A stretch of DNA of 43,958 bases from Clostridia bacterium (GTDB lineage Bacteria > Bacillota > Clostridia > Christensenellales > UBA1242). A program made the translations under genes and the position numbers. Position 1 is the stretch's first letter; each line of letters begins with the position of its first letter. Where the stretch lies: positions 1 through 43,958 of the forward strand of contig JBKSNA010000033.1 in NCBI GenBank assembly GCA_046882085.1. Direction: 5' to 3'. Below, piece by piece: positions 25,601 to 33,012 of the stretch. The notes below the pieces were generated by a model. It did not search any database, had not been told where the DNA came from, and was given only the letters and a program-made list of their open reading frames with translations.

Positions 25601-28216
25601 TTATCTCCAAGTTTCAATGCTATTAAGGATAAAATGGATCCTATATGGGACGAGACATTATCTGAAATGAATGCTTTGAACGTTACTCCGGAGACTATTG
25701 ATTCAGCGATTACATACCTTAACAATCAAGATAATTTATCTGAAGATAATAGTGATTTATTAGCCAAATTACAACTTGTTCGTTTTAAATACGATGATTT
25801 TGTTAGTGATAGTACAAAATTTGTTGATGCTATTGAGAAGCAAGAAAGAATAATCAATCAGTTGAATGAAAATTCAAATATTGATCCTACTCAAATTGAA
25901 ACTGCATACAGCGAACTAGTTAGTGTGTGTGAAGAATTGGCAGAGAAACATGGTGTAGAGATTAAAATTGACGTTGCAAAGATAGAAATTTTATCAACCG
26001 TAAGACAAGCAGAAGATGCTGCAGATGCTATGAGAGCACTTACTGAGCCATCAGATGATAATTTATCTTTAGTTGACGCATTCAATATGATGAAATCTGG
26101 CGCTATAGATGAGAGTTTCATCGATATGTATCCTCATCATATAAGAGACATTGGTGAGAGATGTTCTAGATATAAATATTTCGAGAAATTGAAAGAAAAA
26201 GGATCTATTAATATTACAATCAACGGTGAAAAAATCACATTAACTCGAGATGAAGCTGAACAAATGCAAGATAATTTTGCTAAGATTAATTCTGTACTTA
26301 AAGGCGAAAAAGAAGAAAAAACTTATACTGAGTTAGATATTGCATTGATTAGAACTTTGATTGCTAAAATGAATGACTTGGAGAATATTCACAAAAAGTT
26401 CGCAGGACCAGATGAAGAACTATTAGGTAATGAAGAAGATTTGGCTACAGATCTTAGAGACTTCTACGATGCGAATCATGCAATATTTGATAAAGCGTTA
26501 TCTAGTGAGAGTTTGTCAGATTTGCTAAAAGAAGATATCAAGCAAGCAATCGAATATTACAATCATTATGGTGATTATTATCCAATAGGTTATAAACCTG
26601 AGAACAATGATGAAACTAAACCTCAAAATGAAGATATAGATTCAAATAATAATCTGTCTATCAACCCTAACAATGTTAACAAAAATGATGGCAACAACGT
26701 TGTACCTAATTTAGTCGTAAAGCCTGAGGATACACTAGATGATCAAGTAGACGATGATACAAATAGTCATAATGATAGACAGCCAAGTGTATATACTAAC
26801 AATACACATGATGAAAACGACAATAGTGTTGATCCTAATAAAGTAAATGAGATTCTAGAAGAATCAGATGAAGCGAATAAAGATAAAAATGATAAAGATG
26901 ATTCAACTGACCTTAATGCGAATGAAAAAATCAGTAGATTATCAAAAATTAAAGCTAAATTATCAAGTGTATTAGAAAGCATAAAGAACAAGAAAGAAGA
27001 ACACAAAGCTCAAAAACAAGAAAAGAAAAATAGCAAGAAGGATAAAGAAAATCTTTTAGACGAAGAATCAAAACTTAAACTAGGTGAGAAAATTCATCAA
27101 TTAGGATCAAAGTTAAAAAATGCAGGGTCAAAAACAATATCTGCAGTCAAAACTGCTGGAGTAACTGCAGGCAATGCTATTAAGAATGCTGGAATAACTG
27201 CAGGTAAAGGAATCAAGACTGCAGGTGGTGCAGTAGTTGGCGCGGTAAAAGATGCAGTATCAAAATTAAAAGAAAAACTTAAAAAAGAACCAGAATATAG
27301 TTTTGATGAACGTGTGGCGATATTTAAAGATATGGTAATATTACCTTTTGATCCTAAAAAGTTTAGTGAAAAGTATAAAGACAAAAAAGGCTTGATAGAA
27401 TATGCAAAAAATAATATTAAGTTAACTGAATTAAAAGGATTTAAAACTCTAAAGATTACTAAATCTGGTGAAAAAGAATCTATATCGTTTACTGCAGAGG
27501 CTGTAAATGTTTGTATCGATGCATTGCATCAGTTAGATGAATATGAGAAATCTCTGAAAGAAGAAAAGAAGAAAAAGAAAGGTTTTGATAAATCAAAAAA
27601 AGAGACTTCTCGTACTGATAAGAAAGGCAATAAGAAGGATAAAAAGAGACAACAACAAGATGCTGAGAGATCTAGCAGTTCTAATGATGCAAATGATAAT
27701 AATAATACTGACTCAGAAATGGAGATTGTATTTGATCCTAATAAAATATTTAGCGGAGAATTTGGTGATATAGATCTTTCTAAGCCGGTATATGATCCGA
27801 AAATTCGTGAATACATGCAAAGTCTTGGTCTTAATCCAGATAATCCATGGGAAAGTGTTTCTTCAAATGGTGTTAATATACCAAATCCTTTTGCAGAAGC
27901 TGGACAAAATCAAACAAGCTCTATAATTGGAAATGGTGAAATTTATAGTGGTCTTTTAGATTGGATAAATGAAGATCAAGCTAATAGAGGTCCACTGCTA
28001 GCGCTTAATAAGGAAGAATTAGAGAAAAAGGGTCTAGATGCTAATAAAATAGAAGAAATAATAAACTTTAAGCAGTCTGTTAAAGAATTATTAGAAGCAA
28101 AAGAAAAGGCTCAAGCGTCAGCTGGAAAGCAAAGTAAGAAAATATTAGATGATTTAGATAATCAAAATATCAATACAAGTACAAACAATAATAAACCTGA
28201 TGATTTGGGTTTATAG
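22646..28216 (+). CDS. giant (1856 aa) protein with a central TM hairpin, long coiled-coil/low-complexity C-terminal region
   Basis: A globular region of about 590 aa, then two Gly/Ala-rich hydrophobic helices (nt 24413-24546). After that come charged helical sequence, N/D/K-rich tracts and a K-x-AG-x-TAG repeat block (nt 27113-27262). No family recognised. Confidence 0.8.
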   Translation: MATRIAIEPTKITNMSFRRYDKTQNISFEDLFVQKTDGELIYLNDLQTGDTADTKIKTIDEFFKNFNKLQYGGTKLVDMGIKIEDLFYRTMVHTDISSNHTSISSLSLTNGASRTYSLAHKSELAPGERRFGNDVVFIGRLRGYAQDTIMEAGDIYYIHPLTKARINLIELENVLKPSFKNFTHAVYMYEDKDGVSREIEAIDLRNAYTCKLTTYEAKKENGMIETHTFDKDGNDIVVGTRFTNPNFVEKKAIADDDKGTTLIQNKLFKRSANGEFVGVRVKGQEHLIKVNITDLYFKNGNQIISEGTELSAEEFDTIKGLELQVKSEDGKMLDIEPLTIDNERYTTERVLALSHSAEDVMADNAYLKLQNGEMFRESAENLQPKSYNIIADTADADAYLVRLTNGQFRIIDKAYFEKQRLANNVSFNLDGAVVRISSVHKLGRTTAANAELYQTSNAFGSKVHACRVIKKVRELGEMAESFDAEQEQTEGREDFLASYKAGNYVLDKVEILDKDSNVKLQDVVTNKEEKGERYIYTDTFETEDNSQKTGYYATLDNKPVEIQVKDGKISYAKGGPKYNIGKAMARDYKVLGTAALYSLGIFSTGGLALAIAVPGLVIAGGAAMALAAPGILIGETARGIVNRISNAVKKSAWHTNVDLKKLDKNQDINNQTKKEVEVGLKHIRTQTEQKLAEIENNATLSDDAKQEAKEELMQKLNLECGLLQQKIATMSGSTIEGSGFTITDGKGNVSSYNAYQCLMFQDAFNKKVDQRKEIDKSIKGLHERLTKGKTLRRGQSKTLDKMIAKYFPEDEFANDLDKVEALQNRSIAINTELEGMQQSFTSGRYQAPPDARHAELLDRSRNMQAYLIAKIQGVYLEDGIKVDDFMSSTLDQATLQHHMDIIEGIKNDIGEFNLEDVLAMTPANAEESSRKEAEIETGAGLGANTDLETKIKPIINLDDEEKKEDESSSILQIEDIEDIKSVFMGLSPSFNAIKDKMDPIWDETLSEMNALNVTPETIDSAITYLNNQDNLSEDNSDLLAKLQLVRFKYDDFVSDSTKFVDAIEKQERIINQLNENSNIDPTQIETAYSELVSVCEELAEKHGVEIKIDVAKIEILSTVRQAEDAADAMRALTEPSDDNLSLVDAFNMMKSGAIDESFIDMYPHHIRDIGERCSRYKYFEKLKEKGSINITINGEKITLTRDEAEQMQDNFAKINSVLKGEKEEKTYTELDIALIRTLIAKMNDLENIHKKFAGPDEELLGNEEDLATDLRDFYDANHAIFDKALSSESLSDLLKEDIKQAIEYYNHYGDYYPIGYKPENNDETKPQNEDIDSNNNLSINPNNVNKNDGNNVVPNLVVKPEDTLDDQVDDDTNSHNDRQPSVYTNNTHDENDNSVDPNKVNEILEESDEANKDKNDKDDSTDLNANEKISRLSKIKAKLSSVLESIKNKKEEHKAQKQEKKNSKKDKENLLDEESKLKLGEKIHQLGSKLKNAGSKTISAVKTAGVTAGNAIKNAGITAGKGIKTAGGAVVGAVKDAVSKLKEKLKKEPEYSFDERVAIFKDMVILPFDPKKFSEKYKDKKGLIEYAKNNIKLTELKGFKTLKITKSGEKESISFTAEAVNVCIDALHQLDEYEKSLKEEKKKKKGFDKSKKETSRTDKKGNKKDKKRQQQDAERSSSSNDANDNNNTDSEMEIVFDPNKIFSGEFGDIDLSKPVYDPKIREYMQSLGLNPDNPWESVSSNGVNIPNPFAEAGQNQTSSIIGNGEIYSGLLDWINEDQANRGPLLALNKEELEKKGLDANKIEEIINFKQSVKELLEAKEKAQASAGKQSKKILDDLDNQNINTSTNNNKPDDLGL

Positions 28217-28225
28217 TAAAAACTG

Positions 28226-28254
28226 TTGACAAATGAAAAAAATTATTATACAAT
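28226..28254 (+). promoter_or_regulatory. promoter of the glyQS T-box leader
   Basis: TTGACA 28226-28231, 17-nt spacer, TACAAT 28249-28254. Confidence 0.65.
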
Positions 28255-28259
28255 AATAT

Positions 28260-28420
28260 TAATCCTATAAGCAAAGTGGCGATTTGCTTGGAGATATTGA
28301 AAAGATATCCGCTCCGCTTGGCGTAATAAGCAATTAAGGTGGGAATTATCCAATTAGGGTGGAACCGCGGTATTGATTTATCGTCCCTTGTCTATTATTA
28401 GGCAAGGGATTTTTCTTTTG
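28260..28420 (+). promoter_or_regulatory. glycine T-box riboswitch (short glyQS type) with terminator
   Basis: T-box sequence AATTAGGGTGGAACCGCGG at 28352-28370; its UGGA would pair with a U73-CCA tRNA end as in tRNA-Gly. Candidate GGC specifier at 28320-28322. Terminator TCCCTTGTC/GGCAAGGGA plus T-run at 28384-28420. Confidence 0.8.
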
Positions 28421-28433
28421 CTTAAAATTAGAT

Positions 28434-28520
28434 GTCATTCCGAGCATAACGCGGGAATCTAAATTTAATACAAACAAGACTAAGTGTAGATTGCCACGTC
28501 GTTGTACTTCTCGCAATGAC
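28434..28520. repeat. imperfect palindromic (REP/MITE-like) element between the T-box terminator and the glyQS RBS
   Basis: Left arm GTCATTCCGAG...GGGAATCTA (28434-28462) against right arm TAGATTGCC...CTCGCAATGAC (28487-28520). The outer stem pairs 10/11 and the inner stem 8/9. Confidence 0.6.
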
Positions 28521-28547
28521 AAAAAAATAAAAAGGAGAAAATAAAAA

Positions 28548-29912
28548 ATGGGAAATTTTGACAAAGTCGCAAATTTATGTAAAAATCGTGGATTGATATT
28601 CCCTGGTAGTGAGATCTATGATGGTCTAGCTAATACTTGGGACTATGGTCCAGTGGGCGTGGAGCTCAAGAACAATATCAAGCGTGCATGGTGGAAGAAA
28701 TTCGTGCAAGAATCTCCATCATCATATGGTGTAGATGCTGATATCTTCATGAATAGTAGAGTATGGGACGCGAGTGGTCATACTGCTAGTTTTAGTGATC
28801 CTAAGATGGATTGTAAGGCATGTAAGACTCGTCATCGTGCAGATAATCTAATCGAAGATCATGCTAAAGGAAAGGTGAATCCAGACCTAATGTCTAACGA
28901 AGAGATGGAGAAATATATTGAAGAGAATCATGTGAATTGTCCTAAATGTGGTAGACATGATTGGACTAATATTCGTAACTTCAATCTAATGTTCTCTACA
29001 TCTCGTGGTGTAACAGATGAGAATCAAAATTTAATTTATCTTCGTCCAGAGACCGCACAAGGTGAATTCGTAAACTTCCTAAATGTTCAACGAAGCATGA
29101 GAGCAAAAGTGCCATTTGGTATCGCTCAAGTGGGTAAGGCATTCAGAAATGAAGTAACACCAGGAAACTTCACATTTAGAACTATCGAGTTTGAACAAAT
29201 GGAGCATCAATGGTTCTGCAAGCCAGACTCTAGTCTAGACTTCTATGCAGAATACAAGGCTAAAGCGATGGATTTCTTGTTGTCTCTAGGATTCAAGGCT
29301 GACCATCTTCGCTATCATGATCATGATAAGTTGGCACACTACGCTAAGGCTGCATGTGATATTCAATATTTATATCCTATCGGTTGGCAAGAACTCAATG
29401 GTATTCACCATCGTGGAGATTGGGACTTATCTCGACACCAAGAGTATAGCGGTAAGTCTATGTTATACCTAGATCCATATACTAATGAGAAATATATTCC
29501 TAATGTAGTAGAGTATTCTATCGGTGCGGATAGATTGACTCTTGCTGTATTATGCGAAGCATATGATGAAGAAACCTTAGCAGATGGAGATACTCGTGTA
29601 GTAATGCACTTCCACCCAGCGATCGCGCCATACAAAGTAGCAATTCTTCCTTTGCAAAAGAATCTAAGCGAAAAAGCCAACGAAGTTTATGCTAAACTAG
29701 CTAAGCATTTCATGTGTACATACGATGAAGCTGGTTCTATTGGTAAGAGATACCGTCGTCAAGACGAAATCGGTACTCCTATGTGCGTAACTATTGACTT
29801 CGATACATTAGAGAACAACACTGTAACAATTCGTGATCGTGATACTATGGAACAAATCCGTATAAGTATTGATGAATTAGTAGATTATGTTGAGAAAAAA
29901 GTAGAATATTAA
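28548..29912 (+). CDS. glyQS: glycine--tRNA ligase (alpha2 type)
   Basis: 454 aa. N-terminus ...CKNRGLIFPGSEIYDGLANTWDYGPVGVELKNNIKRAWW. RBS AAAGGAGA. T-box upstream. Confidence 0.95.
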   Translation: MGNFDKVANLCKNRGLIFPGSEIYDGLANTWDYGPVGVELKNNIKRAWWKKFVQESPSSYGVDADIFMNSRVWDASGHTASFSDPKMDCKACKTRHRADNLIEDHAKGKVNPDLMSNEEMEKYIEENHVNCPKCGRHDWTNIRNFNLMFSTSRGVTDENQNLIYLRPETAQGEFVNFLNVQRSMRAKVPFGIAQVGKAFRNEVTPGNFTFRTIEFEQMEHQWFCKPDSSLDFYAEYKAKAMDFLLSLGFKADHLRYHDHDKLAHYAKAACDIQYLYPIGWQELNGIHHRGDWDLSRHQEYSGKSMLYLDPYTNEKYIPNVVEYSIGADRLTLAVLCEAYDEETLADGDTRVVMHFHPAIAPYKVAILPLQKNLSEKANEVYAKLAKHFMCTYDEAGSIGKRYRRQDEIGTPMCVTIDFDTLENNTVTIRDRDTMEQIRISIDELVDYVEKKVEY

Positions 29913-29920
29913 AACAAAAA

Positions 29921-29950
29921 AACACTATGTTTCATACATAGTGTTTTTCT
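29921..29950 (+). terminator. rho-independent terminator
   Basis: ACACTATGT/ACATAGTGT stem plus T5. Confidence 0.8.
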
Positions 29951-30038
29951 ATTAAATATTTGTAGAAAACGTTAATAAGGCATTAATTAGTGGATTTTTT
30001 ATAATTAGTATAGTATAATAAAGTTAATTGGAGGGCGT

Positions 30039-31040
30039 ATGAAAAACATTTTAGTAACAGGTGGTACAGGATACATTGGTAGCCATACAGTGGTGGAACT
30101 CATTACTCGTGGATACAATGCTATTATCATTGACAATCTTAGCAATAGCGAAGAGAGTGTATTAGATCGTATAGAAATGATAACAGGAGTGAAACCAAAA
30201 TTCTATCATGGAGATATTCGTGATAGAGAATTATTAGAGAAAATATTTAGCGAAGATAATATTGATGCAGTAATTAATTTCGCAGGACTTAAGGCAGTTG
30301 GCGAGAGTTGTAAATTACCATTGATGTATTACGATAATAATATCTATGGTGCGTTGGTATTACTTGAGATTATGGAGAAATATAAAGTGAAGACATTCGT
30401 ATTCTCATCATCGGCGACGGTGTATGGAGATCCGAAGAAATTACCATTAGATGAAGAATGTGAAGTAGGTAAGACTACTAATCCATATGGCACTACTAAA
30501 TATTTTATAGAGCGGATCTTGGAAGATGTAGCCAAGGCAGACAATAGTTGGAATATGATTGTATTAAGATACTTTAATCCCGTAGGAGCGCACCCATCAG
30601 GTTTGATCGGTGAAGATCCTAAGGGCATTCCTAATAACTTGATGCCTTATGTGGCGAAAGTGGCTACAGGTGAGCTAGAAAAAGTACACGTATTCGGTAA
30701 TGATTATCCTACTCCAGATGGTACAGGGGTTAGAGATTATATTCACGTAGTCGATCTAGCGATTGGACATATTATGGCGCTAGAGAAATGTGTCAACTCA
30801 GGTCTTCATATCTATAATCTAGGTACAGGTAATGGATATAGTGTGTTGGATATGATCAAAGCATTTGGAAGAGCGAGCAATCAAGATCTACCATATGATA
30901 TTGATCCTCGTAGACCGGGCGATATAGCAGAGTGTTATGCATGCGCGGACAAAGCAAAAAACGAACTAGGTTGGACAGCAAAATTGAATCTAGATGATAT
31001 GTGTCGCGATCAATGGAATTGGCAGAAGAATAAAAAATAG
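30039..31040 (+). CDS. galE: UDP-glucose 4-epimerase
   Basis: [11 protein letters not shown] Rossmann motif, YGTTKYFIE (YxxxK). 333 aa. Confidence 0.9.
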   Translation: MKNILVTGGTGYIGSHTVVELITRGYNAIIIDNLSNSEESVLDRIEMITGVKPKFYHGDIRDRELLEKIFSEDNIDAVINFAGLKAVGESCKLPLMYYDNNIYGALVLLEIMEKYKVKTFVFSSSATVYGDPKKLPLDEECEVGKTTNPYGTTKYFIERILEDVAKADNSWNMIVLRYFNPVGAHPSGLIGEDPKGIPNNLMPYVAKVATGELEKVHVFGNDYPTPDGTGVRDYIHVVDLAIGHIMALEKCVNSGLHIYNLGTGNGYSVLDMIKAFGRASNQDLPYDIDPRRPGDIAECYACADKAKNELGWTAKLNLDDMCRDQWNWQKNKK

Positions 31041-31065
31041 TTTATCTTTGATATTGGGAGATAAA

Positions 31066-31390
31066 ATGTATACAGAGTTCAATGGGAGACAATGGTCAAG
31101 CGAAGACAACTATCTAAAATATAAAAAAAATGTACGCATTAAATCTTAAATCTTCATTAGCGTTAGAAGATTATGCTGATTGTAATAATTCTGATTGGAT
31201 ATATAAAGATATTGCATTTCAAAGACTAAAAGAATATCGACAAAATAAAGATAAAATGACAGAAGAAGAATTATTATCAACTACTGCAGAAATAGTAGAA
31301 AATTTTGAAAAATTGTTTGAAAAAATTGGCAAGGAAAATTTTGTGTTCCATGATGATGGAGATGTGGAGTACATATGGCCAGAAATATAG
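31066..31390 (+). pseudogene. hypothetical gene split by a frameshift at an A8 tract
   Basis: ATG 31066 has RBS GGGAGA and opens a 27-codon ORF that stops at 31147-31149. The 86-aa ORF from ATG 31130 has no RBS and is in the +1 frame. The junction is A8 at 31123-31130. Confidence 0.45.
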
Positions 31391-31402
31391 AAGAAATAAA
31401 AT

Positions 31403-31432
31403 AAAAAAATCCGCAGATTTGCGGATTTTTTT
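31403..31432. terminator. bidirectional terminator shared by 31130-31390 (+) and rplI (-)
   Basis: A7, then ATCCGCA/TGCGGAT stem, then T7. Confidence 0.8.
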
Positions 31433-31473
31433 ATTGTACTAACAACAAACTACGTTTTCGTAAGAAAATTAGT

Positions 31474-31917
31474 TTATTTCACATCTACTACTGCGATAAT
31501 GTCTACCGATACCTCTTTGATTAGTTGGAGAGTGATCTTGTATTCGCCGACTGCTTTGATTGATGGGAAGTCTTTGATTTGATTCTTATCAATCTTGATA
31601 TTGTCAGTCGCTAGTTTAGACATGATTTCTTGCTTAGTGATCGATCCGAATGCCTTACCATTAGCACCTACATTTAGTGTGAAGTTGTAATGCTTACCTT
31701 TGATCTTATCTGCAATAGCAAGGTACTCTTTCACCATTTCTCCGTGGTGGAATGCTTTTGCTTCCATTTGACCTTTGTGATCATTTAGGTTGCTAGAATT
31801 GGCTTCTTTGGCGATGCCTTGTTTGATCAATACATTCATTGCATAGCTAGGATTCACGTCAATTATTTCTCCAGCCTTTCCTTTACCTTTTAGATCTTTT
31901 ATTAATATAACTTTCAT
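31474..31917 (-). CDS. rplI: 50S ribosomal protein L9
   Basis: [39 protein letters not shown]. 147 aa. RBS AAAGGAGA. Confidence 0.9.
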   Translation of the reverse strand: MKVILIKDLKGKGKAGEIIDVNPSYAMNVLIKQGIAKEANSSNLNDHKGQMEAKAFHHGEMVKEYLAIADKIKGKHYNFTLNVGANGKAFGSITKQEIMSKLATDNIKIDKNQIKDFPSIKAVGEYKITLQLIKEVSVDIIAVVDVK

Positions 31918-32028
31918 ATTTATCTCCTTTTTGATTGAATTTGCTTGCAGTAATTAAAGCTAAAAGGAGTAATTACATCGACGCTAGGCGATATATTTTA
32001 TCTCCTTTTTTGTTAAAATTGCTTGCAA
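31918..32028 (-). repeat. duplicated ~32-nt SD-containing segment with an intervening anti-SD in the rplI leader
   Basis: Minus-strand copies TGCAAGCAAATTCAATCAAAAAGGAGATAAAT (31949-31918) and TGCAAGCAATTTTAACAAAAAAGGAGATAAAA (32028-31996). CTCCTTTT on the minus strand lies between them at 31969-31962. Confidence 0.6.
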
Positions 32029-32069
32029 AGATCGATTCATAAAGTTTATTGCTTCTGCAAGCACGCGTA

Positions 32070-32411
32070 TTAAATTATAGTATTATCGTAATGATTGATT
32101 TCGTCATAGTAGTTGAATATTGCATTCAAACTCTCACGAATCTCGCAAAATGCGTCATGAGCCATTTCTTCTAGTTCAGGATCAGGGTCAAAAACTTTAT
32201 GTTTAGACCACATATGATTAAACATAGTATTAATATTATCTCTCATAACTAAATAATTGTCTCTACCAAGTCCGACATTCAGAATAATGTCTAGATCATT
32301 TAGAATGTATTTAGAATATCTGGTAATATACGGATTCTTACAAGTAGAGCGGATAACATCAAGATTTGTTTTGATATCGTAATATTGACGCATATTATGT
32401 ATTTTGCCCAT
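32070..32411 (-). CDS. hypothetical protein (113 aa)
   Basis: Start moved to the ATG (CAT 32409-32411), which has RBS GAGG. Promoter TTGACA-17-TATAAT on the minus strand at 32456-32428. No family recognised. Confidence 0.55.
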   Translation of the reverse strand: MGKIHNMRQYYDIKTNLDVIRSTCKNPYITRYSKYILNDLDIILNVGLGRDNYLVMRDNINTMFNHMWSKHKVFDPDPELEEMAHDAFCEIRESLNAIFNYYDEINHYDNTII

Positions 32412-32427
32412 ATTAACCTCTATCTTC

Positions 32428-32456
32428 ATTATAGATAAATTGATAAAATTTGTCAA
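32428..32456 (-). promoter_or_regulatory. consensus promoter of 32070-32411
   Basis: Minus strand: TTGACA (32456-32451), 17-nt spacer, TATAAT (32433-32428). Confidence 0.6.
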
Positions 32457-32507
32457 TATTATACAATAAAAATGTATACTTTTAGAAAATAAGTAAAAAA
32501 TAAAAAT

Positions 32508-32822
32508 ATGGATGTAGTATGTAGAAAGTATAGCTGTGTATACAACGAAAAAGCAAAATGTAGTCGAAAAAATCTCCATGTAAATGATCATGCTGATTGT
32601 TTTGATATTGAGATTGATAATGAGAAATTAGTAGAAGATGTATCTCGAGATATGTTTTCGCACGAGCCTGACGTTGCACCTTATCATCATTGCAAAAATA
32701 TGAATATAGAGTGCAATAGTGAAGATTGTATATTCAATAGATCTCATGAATGTTTTTCTAATGGCATATTCGTAGGCAGTGAAGAGATTAGCGCACCATG
32801 CAATAGTTTCGTAGTTAGATAA
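32508..32822 (+). CDS. DUF1540-like cysteine-rich protein (two repeats)
   Basis: VVCRKYSCVYNEKAKCSRKNLHV..ADCFD and IECNSEDCIFNRSHECFSNGIFV...APCNSF match the DUF1540 C-x-C-x-N-x-C pattern found in spore-forming Firmicutes. Confidence 0.6.
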   Translation: MDVVCRKYSCVYNEKAKCSRKNLHVNDHADCFDIEIDNEKLVEDVSRDMFSHEPDVAPYHHCKNMNIECNSEDCIFNRSHECFSNGIFVGSEEISAPCNSFVVR

Positions 32823-32845
32823 TTTTGATTTTTTTGACGATATCC

Positions 32846-32874
32846 TTGACATTGCTATTTCAGTGTGATAGAAT
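32846..32874 (+). promoter_or_regulatory. promoter of the leuS leader
   Basis: TTGACA 32846-32851, 17-nt spacer ending in TGa, TAGAAT 32869-32874. ATG of the leader ORF lies 6 nt downstream. Confidence 0.65.
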
Positions 32875-32880
32875 AAAGCC

Positions 32881-32919
32881 ATGAAGATAAATAGTTTGGC
32901 ATTACTATTATTGAGGTAA
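32881..32919 (+). CDS. 12-codon Leu-rich leader peptide MKINSLALLLLR
   Basis: ATG AAG ATA AAT AGT TTG GCA TTA CTA TTA TTG AGG TAA. Five of the 12 codons are Leu and four are consecutive. The stop codon abuts hairpin 32919-32936. Confidence 0.6.
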   Translation: MKINSLALLLLR

Positions 32920-32963
32920 GGTGCCCATTGGCACCTCTCTTTTGGTTGTGCCCAAGGTTGATA

Positions 32964-32995
32964 ATTGACGGCATAACCGCTGTCAATTTTTTGTT
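32964..32995 (+). terminator. intrinsic terminator (attenuator) immediately upstream of the leuS RBS
   Basis: 9-bp stem ATTGACGGC/GCTGTCAAT (one G-U pair), loop ATAACC, then TTTTTTGTTT. RBS AAGGAG 33002-33007 and ATG 33013 follow. Confidence 0.7.
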
Positions 32996-33012
32996 TATCA
33001 CAAGGAGAAATT

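Noticed and set aside
23255-27816. Many 60-130-aa minus-strand or alternate-frame ORFs inside the 1856-aa gene (for example 25336-25725 and 27097-27384).
   Set aside because: They are Ser/Leu/Phe-rich low-complexity shadows of a long, well-supported plus-strand ORF, and none has an initiation signal. The same applies to the small ORFs inside 1513-12009, leuS and hsdM.
28346-28564. 72-aa minus-strand ORF across the glyQS leader.
   Set aside because: It is a translation artefact of the T-box terminator and the palindromic element, and it is antisense to the glyQS RBS and start.
32830-33012. A T-box riboswitch upstream of leuS, which is the expected Firmicute arrangement.
   Set aside because: I found no AAnnnGGGTGGTACCGCG-like T-box sequence. 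The leader is only about 130 nt with no stem-I-sized structure. A Leu-rich leader ORF plus terminator explains the region better. An Infernal scan is still needed.
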